Position numbers and translations under genes: made by a program. Shown here in pieces: positions 1-10,500 of a DNA stretch of 64,000 bases. Source of the DNA: an uncultured cyanobacterium. GTDB taxonomy: Bacteria; Cyanobacteriota; Cyanobacteriia; Cyanobacteriales; Nostocaceae. Location: assembly GCA_963740315.1 (NCBI GenBank), contig CAVUDP010000001.1, forward strand, positions 1,056,001-1,120,000, given 5' to 3'. A model generated the notes under the pieces. The model had not been told where the DNA came from. It was given only the letters and a program-made list of their open reading frames with translations, and searched no databases. The first letter of the stretch is position 1. The number at the start of each line of letters is the position of its first letter.

Positions 1-60
1 AAATCATTAAAATTTAGATACGATCGCTATATGTAAAAAAATAACCCCAAAGGATAAAAA

Positions 61-342
61 ATGACCAAAACCGAAATAGCCCGATATTTAGGAAAAGTTG
101 GTGAAGAATACGAAAAAATTGTTAAATGCCGACTATATTCAGATTTAGAGGTAATTTACGAATGGTGGGTTCCAAATACAGAAATGTACCATCACGAAAA
201 AATGAAACTTGAAGATATTGCTATTGAGATACAGGTAGAACTTGCGAAAAATGCGATCGCGCATTCAGATTTTGCACAACTGCCTGCGGATGTCCAAGAA
301 TTGCTCAATCAAAAAAGTCAATTAATTAGTAATTCTCAATAA
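61..342 (+). CDS. hypothetical protein (93 aa)
   Basis: ATG preceded by AAGGA; normal composition; no recognised motif. Confidence 0.55.
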   Translation: MTKTEIARYLGKVGEEYEKIVKCRLYSDLEVIYEWWVPNTEMYHHEKMKLEDIAIEIQVELAKNAIAHSDFAQLPADVQELLNQKSQLISNSQ

Positions 343-1008
343 TTACTTATTATTCTGTTGTGCTAATACAGCAGAATGTAATTGCAACAGTTGTTTATCT
401 GCTATTCCCACCGTTTCCAATCCCTTAACTGTTTGCATTAAATATTCAGCACTCGAACCGAGTTCACCTTTTGCTGTGGCAATAGTATTAACGGTGTTTT
501 CAAAAGACATTTTACCGGCGTAATCTGGATGATGGCGGTTGATGATAAAGGCGATCGCCATTACTTCGTCGGTACCATCAACTACCTTTACCCATCGGGG
601 AATATACGAGCCGATTACCATTTCTCGCCGCCACAACAGCAACAATTCCGACTCCACATCGGCAGCAGGAATACGATAAACCACACCGCGACAGCTACCC
701 CCGCAATCCAAGCCCAGTACCAAACCGGGATGCTCTGGTGTCCCCCTACCAACCAATGCCCGCAAACAAAAGCGGCGATGCCAACCGTAAATAGTTCCTA
801 CACGACGCTCAATAAAATTAAATACAGGATTCCAAATTAAGGAACCATAAGCGAACAGCCAAACATCCGTATGTGGTTTGTGCGAATTTAACGTAACGCG
901 AATAGAGTGTTGCAACTGGCTTTCGCTTAATAGTTGCATTCCCAAACCCGATTGCGAAATCATTTGATGCAAGCGGCTAGATTCCAAGTCAGCGCGGGTT
1001 AATGACAT
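343..1008 (-). CDS. ChaC-family gamma-glutamylcyclotransferase
   Basis: WLFAYGSLIWNP and RGTPEHPGLVLGL motifs, LWRREM; start moved to ATG 1008 (MSLTRADL) to avoid overlap with the upstream gene. Confidence 0.85.
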   Translation of the reverse strand: MSLTRADLESSRLHQMISQSGLGMQLLSESQLQHSIRVTLNSHKPHTDVWLFAYGSLIWNPVFNFIERRVGTIYGWHRRFCLRALVGRGTPEHPGLVLGLDCGGSCRGVVYRIPAADVESELLLLWRREMVIGSYIPRWVKVVDGTDEVMAIAFIINRHHPDYAGKMSFENTVNTIATAKGELGSSAEYLMQTVKGLETVGIADKQLLQLHSAVLAQQNNK

Positions 1009-1055
1009 ATTAAAAGAGGGAATGGGTAATAGGTAATTGATAATTGGTAAATATA

Positions 1056-1565
1056 TTATTCTAACCAATCGGGACCTTTAAAGAATTCCCCATCAGCCCA
1101 AAAAGTTTTACAGATTAAAGAACCTTGTCCGGGGCTGCTAAAATTTTGGGCTGCTCTAAAATCGGTTCCAATCAAAATAGCATCATCCATTTCCGCACCG
1201 TAAAAGTCAGCACCTGTAAAATCAGCAGCACTTAAAATAGCTTCATCAAGATTGGCATTTCTAAAATTAGCCCCTCTACAATCAGCACCACTTAAATCAG
1301 CACCTTGCAAATTAGCATAACTGAGATTTGCAGCATACAGATTAACGCAAAGCATTATGGCTCCACTCAAATCAGCATGACTTAAGTTTGAGCCACTTAA
1401 ATCAACAGCTGTTAAATCGCTTTCACTAAAATCTATTTCTCGAAAATCTTGTCCATCTAACCCCCCTCCACTAATTGCAATCCCAGCAAAGTTTCTTTCC
1501 CCAGCAGCATATCTTTTGAGAAACCTTTCAATGTCAAGATATTTTCTTTCATCATCCATAGTCAC
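1056..1565 (-). CDS. pentapeptide repeat protein
   Basis: YAAGERNF N-cap followed by A(D/N)LxG-type pentapeptide repeats. Confidence 0.9.
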   Translation of the reverse strand: MTMDDERKYLDIERFLKRYAAGERNFAGIAISGGGLDGQDFREIDFSESDLTAVDLSGSNLSHADLSGAIMLCVNLYAANLSYANLQGADLSGADCRGANFRNANLDEAILSAADFTGADFYGAEMDDAILIGTDFRAAQNFSSPGQGSLICKTFWADGEFFKGPDWLE

Positions 1566-1680
1566 ACCCCCTGGGATTAAAAAAACAAATATTTAACTCT
1601 AAACTCTTGTGGGATGGGCATCCCTGCCCGTCCGATTCTAATTAATTAAAATCAAATCTCCTATTAGCGCAACAAATTTG

Positions 1681-1713
1681 ATGTTGGGTTTCCTCCGTCA
1701 ACCCAACCTACAA
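1681..1713 (-). repeat. GTAG-type REP, short form of family C (GTAG-GTTGGGTT-loop-AACCCAAC)
   Basis: Reverse complement reads ttGTAGgttgggttgacggaggaaacccaacat; same outer stem as the elements at 51797 and 52835-53212. Confidence 0.7.
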
Positions 1714-1827
1714 AAAGCTTAACCTCTAACCTTTAACCTCAATCATAAGTATTAATGCCTTCACAAAACGCAATAATTAGTTAAGATAAATTTAACCTTG
1801 ACCTACGTAAATCAAATCCGTAATCTC

Positions 1828-2883
1828 ATGCAGTTAAATAAAAGTGCGTCAGTAGATTCTTTTTTAAAGCCATTGTTATTAATTTCGCCTTTTTTCCTTT
1901 GGGGTACGGCGATGGTGGCGATGAAGGGAGTTATGCCGCACACTACGCCTTTTTTCTTAGCGGGATTGCGATTATTCCCGGCGGGGATATTGGTTTTGAT
2001 TGCAGCTGCAATTATGGGTAAACCTCAACCCAAAGGTTGGAAGGCTTGGCTGTGGATTGCTTTGTTTGGATTGGTGGATGGAGCGCTGTTTCAAGGCTTT
2101 TTAGCGGCAGGCTTAGTTAGAACTGGTGCTGGTTTGGGTTCGGTGATGATTGATTCTCAACCTTTAGCCGTGGCGCTGTTGTGTTCGTGGCTGTTTGCGG
2201 AAAAAATCGGTTTATATGGATGGTTGGGGTTAGCGATCGGCGTTACTGGTATTAGTCTAATTGGTTTACCCGATGAATTAATTTTCAGTATTTTCTCTAA
2301 TAGCGCCGAATCCACCTTTACGATTTCTCAATCATTTTTTCAAAGCGGCGAATTCTTGATGCTGCTAGCTGCGTTAAGTATGGCAGTGGGAACGGTAATG
2401 ATTCGGTTTGTAACTCGTCATGTTGATGCTGTTACCGCTACCGGATGGCATATGATAATCGGTGGCTTACCGTTGTGGGGAATTTCCGCGACAACAGAAT
2501 CCCAGCAATGGCAGAATTTAGTACCGTCGGATTGGGTAGCCTTGGGTTATGCAGCTATATTTGGCAGCGCGATCGCCTACGGGGTGTTTTTCTATTTCGC
2601 TTCAAGTGGAAATCTCACCAGTTTAAGTTCTCTAACTTTTCTAACTCCCATATTCGCTTTGATATTCGGCAATATCTTATTAAATGAAGTTCTAAGTACT
2701 TTGCAATGGGTGGGAGTCACGATAACTATAGTCAGCATCTATTTGATTAATCAGCGCGATGTTTTAAATCAAAAGAACGATCCGGAAGTTGTTGAGACTA
2801 CGCAACCATCTGTAGAAATATCTGAGAAAAAACTGAAGCCTTTGAAAATAGCAATTAAAGAGTCGGAACCGGAAATAATGTAG
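1828..2883 (+). CDS. DMT/EamA family transporter
   Basis: About 10 TM segments in two EamA repeats (PFFLWGTAMVAMK, GSVMIDSQPL); ATG 1828 preferred over TTG 1798. Confidence 0.9.
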   Translation: MQLNKSASVDSFLKPLLLISPFFLWGTAMVAMKGVMPHTTPFFLAGLRLFPAGILVLIAAAIMGKPQPKGWKAWLWIALFGLVDGALFQGFLAAGLVRTGAGLGSVMIDSQPLAVALLCSWLFAEKIGLYGWLGLAIGVTGISLIGLPDELIFSIFSNSAESTFTISQSFFQSGEFLMLLAALSMAVGTVMIRFVTRHVDAVTATGWHMIIGGLPLWGISATTESQQWQNLVPSDWVALGYAAIFGSAIAYGVFFYFASSGNLTSLSSLTFLTPIFALIFGNILLNEVLSTLQWVGVTITIVSIYLINQRDVLNQKNDPEVVETTQPSVEISEKKLKPLKIAIKESEPEIM

Positions 2884-3012
2884 AGACGCGATATATCTTG
2901 TCTTCATCTAGTTATTAAATTTTTTTGTCAATAAAAAAGTTAACATTTAGGTAGATTAAAGTTATTGTTGTGACGGTAACTTTTACACTACTGTTTTGCT
3001 GAAATTTGCTGT

Positions 3013-4182
3013 ATGAGGCGATGCCATTCTTTTATAGTTATATTTACTTATCTTAGCTGCTTTGGATTTAACATTAATCCGGCAGTTGCAGCTAATTTCG
3101 ATCGCACACCATCTTTTTTAAAAGTTGCTCAAGCTGATTCCTCAGATACGACTACGCGCTCTAACCTGAGAACGGGTAGTGTGGGAGAAGATGTAAAAGT
3201 GCTGCAAACCCAGTTGAAAAAATTGGGTTATTACGATGGCATCCCCGATGGACAATTTGGTGCAACTACACGCAATGCTGTAATCGAATTTCAGCAGAAA
3301 AATGGTTTGATTGCGGATGGTATTGCAGGTAGTCAAACCAGGGAACTGATAAAAACAGAAACTTTAAAGCAATCTAGTAATATTTCTACACCTACCCCAG
3401 AGCCTGTTTCTGAAGAATCTTTAGATGAAGTAAATTCTTCCCTAAGCCGTTTGATCGAGCTTGCTTTGATAGCGATGGGAGTATTAGCTGGTGCGGGTAC
3501 TTTATTTTATATAGTTCAATGGATAAGATATAAGCGACAAAACAATAATGATACTTACGTGGATGATGATACTGACATAGTTCAACCACCTCAACATCAA
3601 TTTACTAATACGAACGAAGATCGAAAATATTTGCCTGCTGGCGATTTTGAAGATGTACCAGCCACAATTACACCATCTCCAAAATTACTTCCGACAGAAA
3701 ATACTTCCCGTCTTGCCAAAATTAACGTTGTTGATGAATTAATCGGAGATTTGCAAAGTTCCAATCCCACACAACGACGCAAAGCTATTTGGGAATTAGG
3801 ACAAAAAGGAGATTCGCGAGCAATTCAACCATTGGTAGAGCAGATGGCTGATGCTGACTCGCAGCAACGCAGCTTAATTTTGGCAGCTTTAGCGGAAATT
3901 GGTACTCGCACCCTCAAGCCAATGAATCGTGCCTTAGCAGTTTCCCTGCAAGATGAAAGCCCCGACGTGCGAAAAAACGCCATCCGCGACTTAACCCGCG
4001 TTTATGAGACGATGACTCAAATTAGTCAAATGCTCTCAATGGCAGCACAAGATGAAGATCCAGAAGTGCAAGAAACAGCAAGGTATGCAATTTCGCAAAT
4101 GAATCGCATCCGTGTTTTACCATCCGAGCAACCAGAAACCCAAATTCAATATCCACAAGAATGGGAAGAAACAGACAACTAA
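3013..4182 (+). CDS. peptidoglycan-binding domain + TM + HEAT-repeat protein
   Basis: Signal peptide; PG_binding_1 motif (LQTQLKKLGYY..DGQFG..T..AV..FQ..NGL.ADGIAG..T); central TM; HEAT repeats (RRKAIWELG, DVRKNAIRDL). Confidence 0.85.
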   Translation: MRRCHSFIVIFTYLSCFGFNINPAVAANFDRTPSFLKVAQADSSDTTTRSNLRTGSVGEDVKVLQTQLKKLGYYDGIPDGQFGATTRNAVIEFQQKNGLIADGIAGSQTRELIKTETLKQSSNISTPTPEPVSEESLDEVNSSLSRLIELALIAMGVLAGAGTLFYIVQWIRYKRQNNNDTYVDDDTDIVQPPQHQFTNTNEDRKYLPAGDFEDVPATITPSPKLLPTENTSRLAKINVVDELIGDLQSSNPTQRRKAIWELGQKGDSRAIQPLVEQMADADSQQRSLILAALAEIGTRTLKPMNRALAVSLQDESPDVRKNAIRDLTRVYETMTQISQMLSMAAQDEDPEVQETARYAISQMNRIRVLPSEQPETQIQYPQEWEETDN

Positions 4183-4583
4183 TGTAGAGACGTAGCACTG
4201 CTACGTCTTTGAAACGTTATGGTTGGATAAACAAAGTTCGTTGCTACTTTGAAAAGTCATGGTTGGATAAACAAAGTTCGTTGCTACTTTGAAAAGTTAT
4301 GGTTGGATAAACAAAGTTCGTTGCTACTTTGAAAAGTTATGGTTGGATAAACAAAGTTCGTTGCTACTTTGAAAAGTTATGGTTGGATAAACAAAGTTCG
4401 TTGCTACTTTGAAAAGTCATGGTTGGATAAACAAAGTTCGTTGCTACTTTGAAAAGTTATGGTTGGATAAACAAAGTTCGTTGTTACTTTGAAATCTTCG
4501 TTACAGCAGTACCACTTTAATAATTTCACTAAATCGTTGCTATGTACGCCCATAGGGAGACGTAGCAGTGCTACGTCTCTACA
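4183..4583. repeat. REPIN-like element: inverted GTAG-REP pair (family A) enclosing a 7 x 40-bp tandem array
   Basis: tgtagagacgtagcactgctacgtct (4183-4208) and its exact reverse complement (4558-4583); units gaaaagttatggttggataaacaaagttcgttgctacttt at 4211-4490. Confidence 0.9.
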
Positions 4584-4670
4584 TAATTTATGTGTGTCGT
4601 TTCAATATTTTGGTTTTAGGCAACATGGGGATTTAATATTTAGTTTGTAATCAAGCTTTTAAATTTACGG

Positions 4671-5738
4671 ATGAAATTATTGTTCGTTTCTACTCCCGTG
4701 GGACCTCTTGGTTCTGGATTGGGTGGTGGTGTGGAATTAAGTTTGTACAATATTGCTCGTGAAGTTATGCGGCGGGGACACGATTTACAAGTTGTTGCTC
4801 CTGCTGGCTCTAGTTGGGATGATTTACCGATAATGCAGATTTCGGGAAATTTACAAATCATTGCCCAAAGTTTAGAACGTCAAACCCCTATTACAATGCC
4901 AGAAAATTCTGTTTTAGCTAATATGTGGGATTACGTTCGTCAAGTTGAAGGTGAATACGATCTAATTGTTAACTTTGCTTACGATTGGTTGCCTTTTTAC
5001 TTGACACCTTATTTAAAACGCCCTATAGCTCATTTTGTCAGCATGGGTTCTCTTTCCGATGCTCTGGATCGAATTATCGTGCAAATATCAAAGCAGTTTC
5101 CCGGCACGATTGGGTTTTATACTTCCGCACAAGCTGCTACTTTTCCCGAATTAACTCCACCTATATATTATTTAAGCAGCGGCATAGATTTATCTTTGTA
5201 TCAATTTTGCAGCGAACCCAAACAACAATTAGCTTGGTTGGGTCGAATTTCTCCGGAAAAAGGTTTAGAAGATGCGATCGCTGTAGCAAACAGTACTAAC
5301 ATTCCTCTCAAGGTTATGGGTAAAATTCAAGATGAATCATACTGGCAGAAAATTCAGCAGGATTACCCAAATGCACCTTTTGATTATTTAGGGTTTTTAT
5401 CTACAAAGGAAATGCAGCAGGTTGTCCGTGAATGTCGGGCATTAATTATGACACCTCGTTGGGTGGAAGCATTCGGTAATGTTGCAATTGAAGCTTTAGC
5501 TTGTGGAGTTCCAGTAATTTCTTATAGTCGTGGCGGTCCTGCATCTATTATTAAAGACGGTGAAACTGGCTTTTTAATAGAACCAGATAGTGTTACAGGA
5601 TTAATAGAAGCAACAAAGCGATTAGGTCAAATTAATCGCCAAACCTGCCGCGATACCGTACAAAACCTATTCTCTTTAGAAGTATTAGGCGAACGTTTTG
5701 AAAAGTGGTTTATAGACATTTTAGATTTTCAACTTTAA
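4671..5738 (+). CDS. glycosyltransferase family 4 protein
   Basis: GT-B motifs GRISPEKG and EAFGNVAIEALACGVPVI. Confidence 0.9.
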   Translation: MKLLFVSTPVGPLGSGLGGGVELSLYNIAREVMRRGHDLQVVAPAGSSWDDLPIMQISGNLQIIAQSLERQTPITMPENSVLANMWDYVRQVEGEYDLIVNFAYDWLPFYLTPYLKRPIAHFVSMGSLSDALDRIIVQISKQFPGTIGFYTSAQAATFPELTPPIYYLSSGIDLSLYQFCSEPKQQLAWLGRISPEKGLEDAIAVANSTNIPLKVMGKIQDESYWQKIQQDYPNAPFDYLGFLSTKEMQQVVRECRALIMTPRWVEAFGNVAIEALACGVPVISYSRGGPASIIKDGETGFLIEPDSVTGLIEATKRLGQINRQTCRDTVQNLFSLEVLGERFEKWFIDILDFQL

Positions 5739-5830
5739 AATAAGCGGAAATTTTAGAATTATTAATTATTTCGATCTCAATTTTACGGATAAACACTTAC
5801 TAATCGTGAACTAGGAAAAACAAACAACAA

Positions 5831-6805
5831 ATGACAACTTCCCCATTCGTATCTATTACAAATAACCCTTCAATGCAAGTCAAAACTCAACACCCCGTCA
5901 GCTTGCTGATACCGCAACCTTTACAACCTGGCGACTTATTAAGAGTAATTGCTCCGAGCGGTGCTTTGCAGGAATTTGAAGCATTTCAAAGTGGTGTAGA
6001 AATTTGGCGATCGCGCGGTTATCGAGTGGAAGTAATTCCGGAAATACAAGATAGATGGGGATATTTAGCGGGTAACGACGAAAAACGCCGCAATCACTTA
6101 GCAGCAGCTTGGCAAGATCCCGAATGTCGCGGTATTCTTTGCGCTAGAGGTGGTTTTGGCACTATGCGGATTTTGGAAGAATGGACTTGGATGTTGCAAC
6201 AAAAAACTCCCAATGCCTCATTCCCAAAATGGTTAATTGGTTTCTCCGATATCACAGCTTTATTGTGGAGTCTTTACAAAGTCGGAATTTGTGCGGTTCA
6301 TGCACCTGTAATGATCACTTTAGCTCAAGAACCAACTTGGTCAATACAAAGATTATTTAATTTAGTAGAAGGTAAATCTCTGGAACCTTTAAAAGGTAAA
6401 GGATGGGGAGGTGGTACAGTTAGCGGTAAATTATTACCAGCAAACCTGACAGTCGCAACTCATCTTTTAGGTACGCCAATGCAGCCACAACTTGACGGCG
6501 TAATTTTAGCAATAGAAGACGTAGCAGAAGCACCCTACCGCATCGATAGAATGTTAACTCAATGGCGAATGAGCGGCGCTTTATCAAAAGTAGCCGGAAT
6601 TGCTTTAGGTAGCTTTACCCATTGCGAAGCACCAGCAAATGTACCCAGCTTCAGCGTAGAAGAAGTCTTGCGCGATCGCCTCGGCGATTTAGGTATTCCC
6701 GTAGTTTCCGACTTACCTTTCGGACATCAAGCACCCAACGCCGCTTTACCCGTAGGCATGACGGCAACTTTAGATGCAGAAGAAGGGGTTTTGAGTTTCA
6801 GTTAA
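5831..6805 (+). CDS. LD-carboxypeptidase (peptidase S66, LdcA-like)
   Basis: VIAPSG, RGGFG, GFSDIT (Ser), IEDV.E (Glu), PFGH (His); start may be ATG 5873. Confidence 0.9.
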   Translation: MTTSPFVSITNNPSMQVKTQHPVSLLIPQPLQPGDLLRVIAPSGALQEFEAFQSGVEIWRSRGYRVEVIPEIQDRWGYLAGNDEKRRNHLAAAWQDPECRGILCARGGFGTMRILEEWTWMLQQKTPNASFPKWLIGFSDITALLWSLYKVGICAVHAPVMITLAQEPTWSIQRLFNLVEGKSLEPLKGKGWGGGTVSGKLLPANLTVATHLLGTPMQPQLDGVILAIEDVAEAPYRIDRMLTQWRMSGALSKVAGIALGSFTHCEAPANVPSFSVEEVLRDRLGDLGIPVVSDLPFGHQAPNAALPVGMTATLDAEEGVLSFS

Positions 6806-6813
6806 AGATTCAG

Positions 6814-7060
6814 GTTCGTAGTAAGAGCTTTAGCTCTTCCAACCGAGGGCTAAAGCCCTTACTACAAACTAATCTTCCAACTGAGGGCTAAAGCCCTTAC
6901 TACAAACTAATCTTCCAACTGAGGGCTAAAGCCCTTACTACAAACTAATCTTCCAACCGAGGGCTAAAGCCCTTACTACAAACTAATCTTCCAACTGAGG
7001 GCTAAAGCCCTTACTACAAACTAATCTTCCAACAAAAGGGCTAAAGCCCTTACTACAAAC
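6814..7060. repeat. REP family B inverted doublet expanded into a 6 x 38-bp tandem array
   Basis: gttcGTAGtaagagctttagctct followed by gagggctaaagcccttaCTACaaactaatcttccaac units at 6845, 6883, 6921, 6959, 6997 and ~7036. Confidence 0.9.
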
Positions 7061-7074
7061 TAATAAAAAATTTA

Positions 7075-7803
7075 TTATTGATTGTTTTTCCGCAAGCGAC
7101 AAAAAGCAATAGCCGGAATTACAGCTAAAATGAATGCTGTTAATCCTTGTTTGACTAAATATAAAGTGACATCGCGGTGTATTACTGGGATACTATTTTG
7201 TACTAAAGAAACTAATAAAACCGAAATACTAATAACAAAGTATGAAATAGACGGTACAAAATTCCACCACCATGCACCTTTTGCATATCTCCGCAACACC
7301 AACCATTGCAATAAACCCAGCCACAACCCGGAAAAAATATAAGCAGTTGTTGATAGTATTCCAAAGAAGATAATCGCTTGTGGTGATATTTGATTTGTTG
7401 ATGCGGCGATCGATGAAATATAGGCAATCCAAGCTGTAGAAACTGTATTTGCAACTAACCAGCCGATTGTGGTTGCTAACATCCAAGACCAACCTGATAT
7501 ATATTTACTCAAGGGTATGGATTGATCTGCGGCGAAAATTAATGCAAATAAACTACTAGCAATTAATTTTGCAATTCGGTACCACAATATTTCGTTTTGA
7601 GCGAAATCAACGGGTATATTCTCTCGCAGAATTTTTTCTAAAGCAAGACTGGCAATTCCCCCTCCAATCCATCCCAAAGTTGTCATAAAAGTAAATAACA
7701 AAAAGAATCCTCGCCGTTCGGAACGAGGTATCAGCAAGGTTCTTTTCTGTTTTACATGAGATTCGGATGGATTTTGGAGAATATTTTTAAATAAAGATGG
7801 CAT
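7075..7803 (-). CDS. integral membrane hypothetical protein
   Basis: About 6 hydrophobic segments with W..AT..GW and G..QW.VLRR motifs. Confidence 0.75.
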   Translation of the reverse strand: MPSLFKNILQNPSESHVKQKRTLLIPRSERRGFFLLFTFMTTLGWIGGGIASLALEKILRENIPVDFAQNEILWYRIAKLIASSLFALIFAADQSIPLSKYISGWSWMLATTIGWLVANTVSTAWIAYISSIAASTNQISPQAIIFFGILSTTAYIFSGLWLGLLQWLVLRRYAKGAWWWNFVPSISYFVISISVLLVSLVQNSIPVIHRDVTLYLVKQGLTAFILAVIPAIAFCRLRKNNQ

Positions 7804-7964
7804 AACAATCAATAATAAAGGTAATTACTTTTCCCCAATTTCAAGAGGAGTTAGAAGGTTATGAGTTATACGGCTCTACTCTAACAGCGATATTCGATTT
7901 TATAAATAATTTGATTTGTTTTATCCTTGATTTAAAAATCAAATATAATTTTGGAGCTAACGAA

Positions 7965-8171
7965 ATGCTTAAAAGCTTGTGGGCTATTGTTCGTAATGGC
8001 AAAGTAGAACTACTAGAAGATATTCAACTATCTGAAGGGAGTAAAGTTTTAATTACGTTGATTTCGGATGAAGATGAGAAGCAATTTTGGACAACAGCAA
8101 GTGAAACAGCTTTAAATAAGGTTTGGGATAATCAGGAGGATGATATTTATGCCGAATTACTCGAAAAATAG
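7965..8171 (+). CDS. putative antitoxin (small acidic protein)
   Basis: GGAG RBS; A.V.NGKVELL...L.EG.KV.I fold and WDNxEDDIY tail; overlaps a downstream MazF-like start. Confidence 0.6.
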   Translation: MLKSLWAIVRNGKVELLEDIQLSEGSKVLITLISDEDEKQFWTTASETALNKVWDNQEDDIYAELLEK

Positions 8172-8245
8172 TGTAATTTTAGTCCGCTATCCTTTTTCTG
8201 ACCTTTCGGCAATAAAGGTACGTCCCGCTGTTATAGTTAATTCGG
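8149..8245 (+). pseudogene. truncated PemK/MazF-family toxin (N-terminal ~32 codons only)
   Basis: VILVRYPFSDLSAIKVRPAVIV matches the PemK N-terminal PF...K.RPA motif; similarity then stops and the frame runs into the dnaK terminator. Confidence 0.7.
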
Positions 8246-8285
8246 ACTCTTCGTTTATGGCTCGATCTATAAACCAGTATCAATT

Positions 8286-8323
8286 AAAAATCCCCGCAAT
8301 TCTTCTTAGAATACGGGGATTTT
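8286..8323 (-). terminator. intrinsic terminator downstream of dnaK
   Basis: aaaatccccg...cggggatttt hairpin with flanking A/T runs. Confidence 0.65.
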
Positions 8324-8371
8324 CAACATTATTTAAGTCAAAGGTGAGTATTTAACTCACCGTAAAAATGA

Positions 8372-10300
8372 CTACTTAGACTCGGTGAAATCGGCATCAA
8401 TTACATCATCACCCGTACCTGTAGAAGCACTGTCTGCATCTCCAGTTGCACCGTTAGGAGACTCACCACCAGGAGCAGTTCCATCAGGAGTAGCACCTGC
8501 TTGCTGATACATATTGCTACCAACGGTGAATAGTGCTTGTTGCAATTCTGGCGTTAGCTTTTGAATTTGCTCGTCGTCTTCTTTGGTGACGGCTTCTTTC
8601 AAATCTTTGACTAAACCTTCGATTTTGGTTTTGTCTTCTGCGGGGATTTTATCTCCCAATTCTTGTATCTGCTTTTCTGCTTGATACGCCAAGGAATCAG
8701 CTTGGTTTTTGCGATCGATTTTCTCGCGACGATCTTTGTCGGTTGAGGAGAAGCTTTCTGCTTCGTTAACCATTCTTTCGACTTCGGTTTTATCCAAAGT
8801 GGAAGCACCTGTAATGCTGATGGATTGTTCTTTACCAGTACCTTTGTCTTTAGCGGTAACGTTCAAGATACCGTTAGCGTCAATATCGAAGGTAACTTCA
8901 ATTTGAGGTACTCCGCGAGGTGCGGGAGGAATTCCATCTAAACGGAAGGTTCCCAAGCTCTTGTTGTCGTTGGACATTTCACGCTCACCTTGGAGTACGT
9001 GAATTTCTACGTTGGTTTGTCCGTCTACAGCTGTGGAGAATACTTCGGATTTTTTGGTAGGAATGGTGGTGTTGCGAGGAATAATCTTGGTCATTACGCC
9101 ACCAAGAGTTTCCACACCCAAGGATAACGGACTTACGTCTAAGAGCAAGATTCCGGTAACTTCACCAGAAAGTACACCAGCTTGGATTGCAGCACCAACT
9201 GCTACAACTTCGTCTGGGTTAACGCTTTGGTTAGGATCTTTTCCTAATACGCGCTTAACTACGTCTTGTACTGCGGGAATACGGGTAGAACCACCAACTA
9301 GTACGATTTCGTCGATATTCTCTTTGCTTAATTTTGCGTCGCGCAATGCATTTTCAACAGGAATGCGACTGCGATCGATTAAGTCAGAACAAATTTCTTC
9401 AAATTTAGCGCGAGTCAGGGTTGTATCCAAGTGCTTGGGACCATCCTGAGTTGCGGTAATAAATGGTAGGTTGATTTCTGTTTGTGTAACGCTGGAAAGT
9501 TCGATTTTAGCTTTTTCAGCAGCTTCAGTTAAACGCTGTAAAGCTTGCTTATCTTTGCGTAAGTCAATACCTTCTTGCTTTTGGAAATCAGCAGCTAAAT
9601 AATCAACAATCTTTTTATCAAAGTCGTCACCACCAAGGTGGGTATCTCCAGAAGTAGAAAGTACTTCAAATACACCGTCGCCAACTTCTAAGATCGATAC
9701 GTCGAAGGTACCACCACCAAGGTCAAATACCAAGATGGTTTCGTTGCTCTTCTTATCCAAACCATATGCCAAGGAAGCGGCAGTAGGTTCGTTGATAATC
9801 CGCATTACTTCAATACCGGCAATCTTACCAGCGTCTTTGGTTGCTTGACGCTGAGAGTCGTTAAAGTATGCGGGAACGGTGATTACCGCTTGGGTAATAG
9901 TTTCGCCGGTATACTTACTAGCGTCGTCAACTAGCTTGCGGAGAACTTGTGAGGAAATTTCTTCGGGAGCAAACTGCTTACCAGCTTGAGGGCAATCAAG
10001 CTTAACGTTGCCGTTGCCATCTTTAACAATACTGTAAGAAACTTCGGTTGCTTCGTGGGTGATTTCTTCGTGCTTCCGTCCCAAAAAGCGCTTAACCGAG
10101 TAGAAAGTATTTTCAGGATTCATCACCGCTTGACGCTTGGCGATTTGTCCTACAAGGCGATCGCCATTTTTCGCGAAAGCAACAACACTAGGAGTTGTGC
10201 GAAAACCTTCGGCGTTAGCAATAACCGTGGGCTTACCACCTTCCATTACTGCTACGCAAGAATTAGTTGTACCTAAGTCAATTCCAACTACTTTTGCCAT
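8372..10300 (-). CDS. dnaK: molecular chaperone DnaK (DnaK2-type)
   Basis: [34 protein letters not shown]-terminal DDVIDADF. Confidence 0.98.
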   Translation of the reverse strand: MAKVVGIDLGTTNSCVAVMEGGKPTVIANAEGFRTTPSVVAFAKNGDRLVGQIAKRQAVMNPENTFYSVKRFLGRKHEEITHEATEVSYSIVKDGNGNVKLDCPQAGKQFAPEEISSQVLRKLVDDASKYTGETITQAVITVPAYFNDSQRQATKDAGKIAGIEVMRIINEPTAASLAYGLDKKSNETILVFDLGGGTFDVSILEVGDGVFEVLSTSGDTHLGGDDFDKKIVDYLAADFQKQEGIDLRKDKQALQRLTEAAEKAKIELSSVTQTEINLPFITATQDGPKHLDTTLTRAKFEEICSDLIDRSRIPVENALRDAKLSKENIDEIVLVGGSTRIPAVQDVVKRVLGKDPNQSVNPDEVVAVGAAIQAGVLSGEVTGILLLDVSPLSLGVETLGGVMTKIIPRNTTIPTKKSEVFSTAVDGQTNVEIHVLQGEREMSNDNKSLGTFRLDGIPPAPRGVPQIEVTFDIDANGILNVTAKDKGTGKEQSISITGASTLDKTEVERMVNEAESFSSTDKDRREKIDRKNQADSLAYQAEKQIQELGDKIPAEDKTKIEGLVKDLKEAVTKEDDEQIQKLTPELQQALFTVGSNMYQQAGATPDGTAPGGESPNGATGDADSASTGTGDDVIDADFTESK

Positions 10301-10484
10301 CTTATTTTAGGCTCCGTATAACTACAAAAAGAATGAATGAGAATATAAAAGGTTTAATTTTGAGGTAACTAGCTTTATTAGGGCAATTTTTTAAGGCATC
10401 AATATGAATAAATTGAACCTCACCGCTATTCACTATCCCCCTTACACTGTTATATATACTGAGCCTGTGCAGCCAGTGAATGAA

Positions 10485-10500
10485 GGGTGGTTTCCCGAAC
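10485..10500 (-). promoter_or_regulatory. K-box-like element upstream of dnaK
   Basis: Minus strand GTTCGGGAAACCACCC versus recalled cyanobacterial K-box consensus GTTCGG-NNAN-CCNNAC (one mismatch), ~185 bp upstream of dnaK. Confidence 0.65.

Noticed and set aside
4211..4490. CRISPR array
   Set aside because: Units are contiguous and near-identical with no unique spacers; no cas genes in the window
6836..7060. CRISPR array; also ORF 6622-6891
   Set aside because: No variable spacers; the unit is a REP palindrome. The ORF is an off-frame overlap running into the repeat
8709..10276. Antisense ORFs within dnaK (8709-8906, 9012-9449, 9986-10276)
   Set aside because: Typical shadow frames of a codon-biased conserved gene; no independent signals
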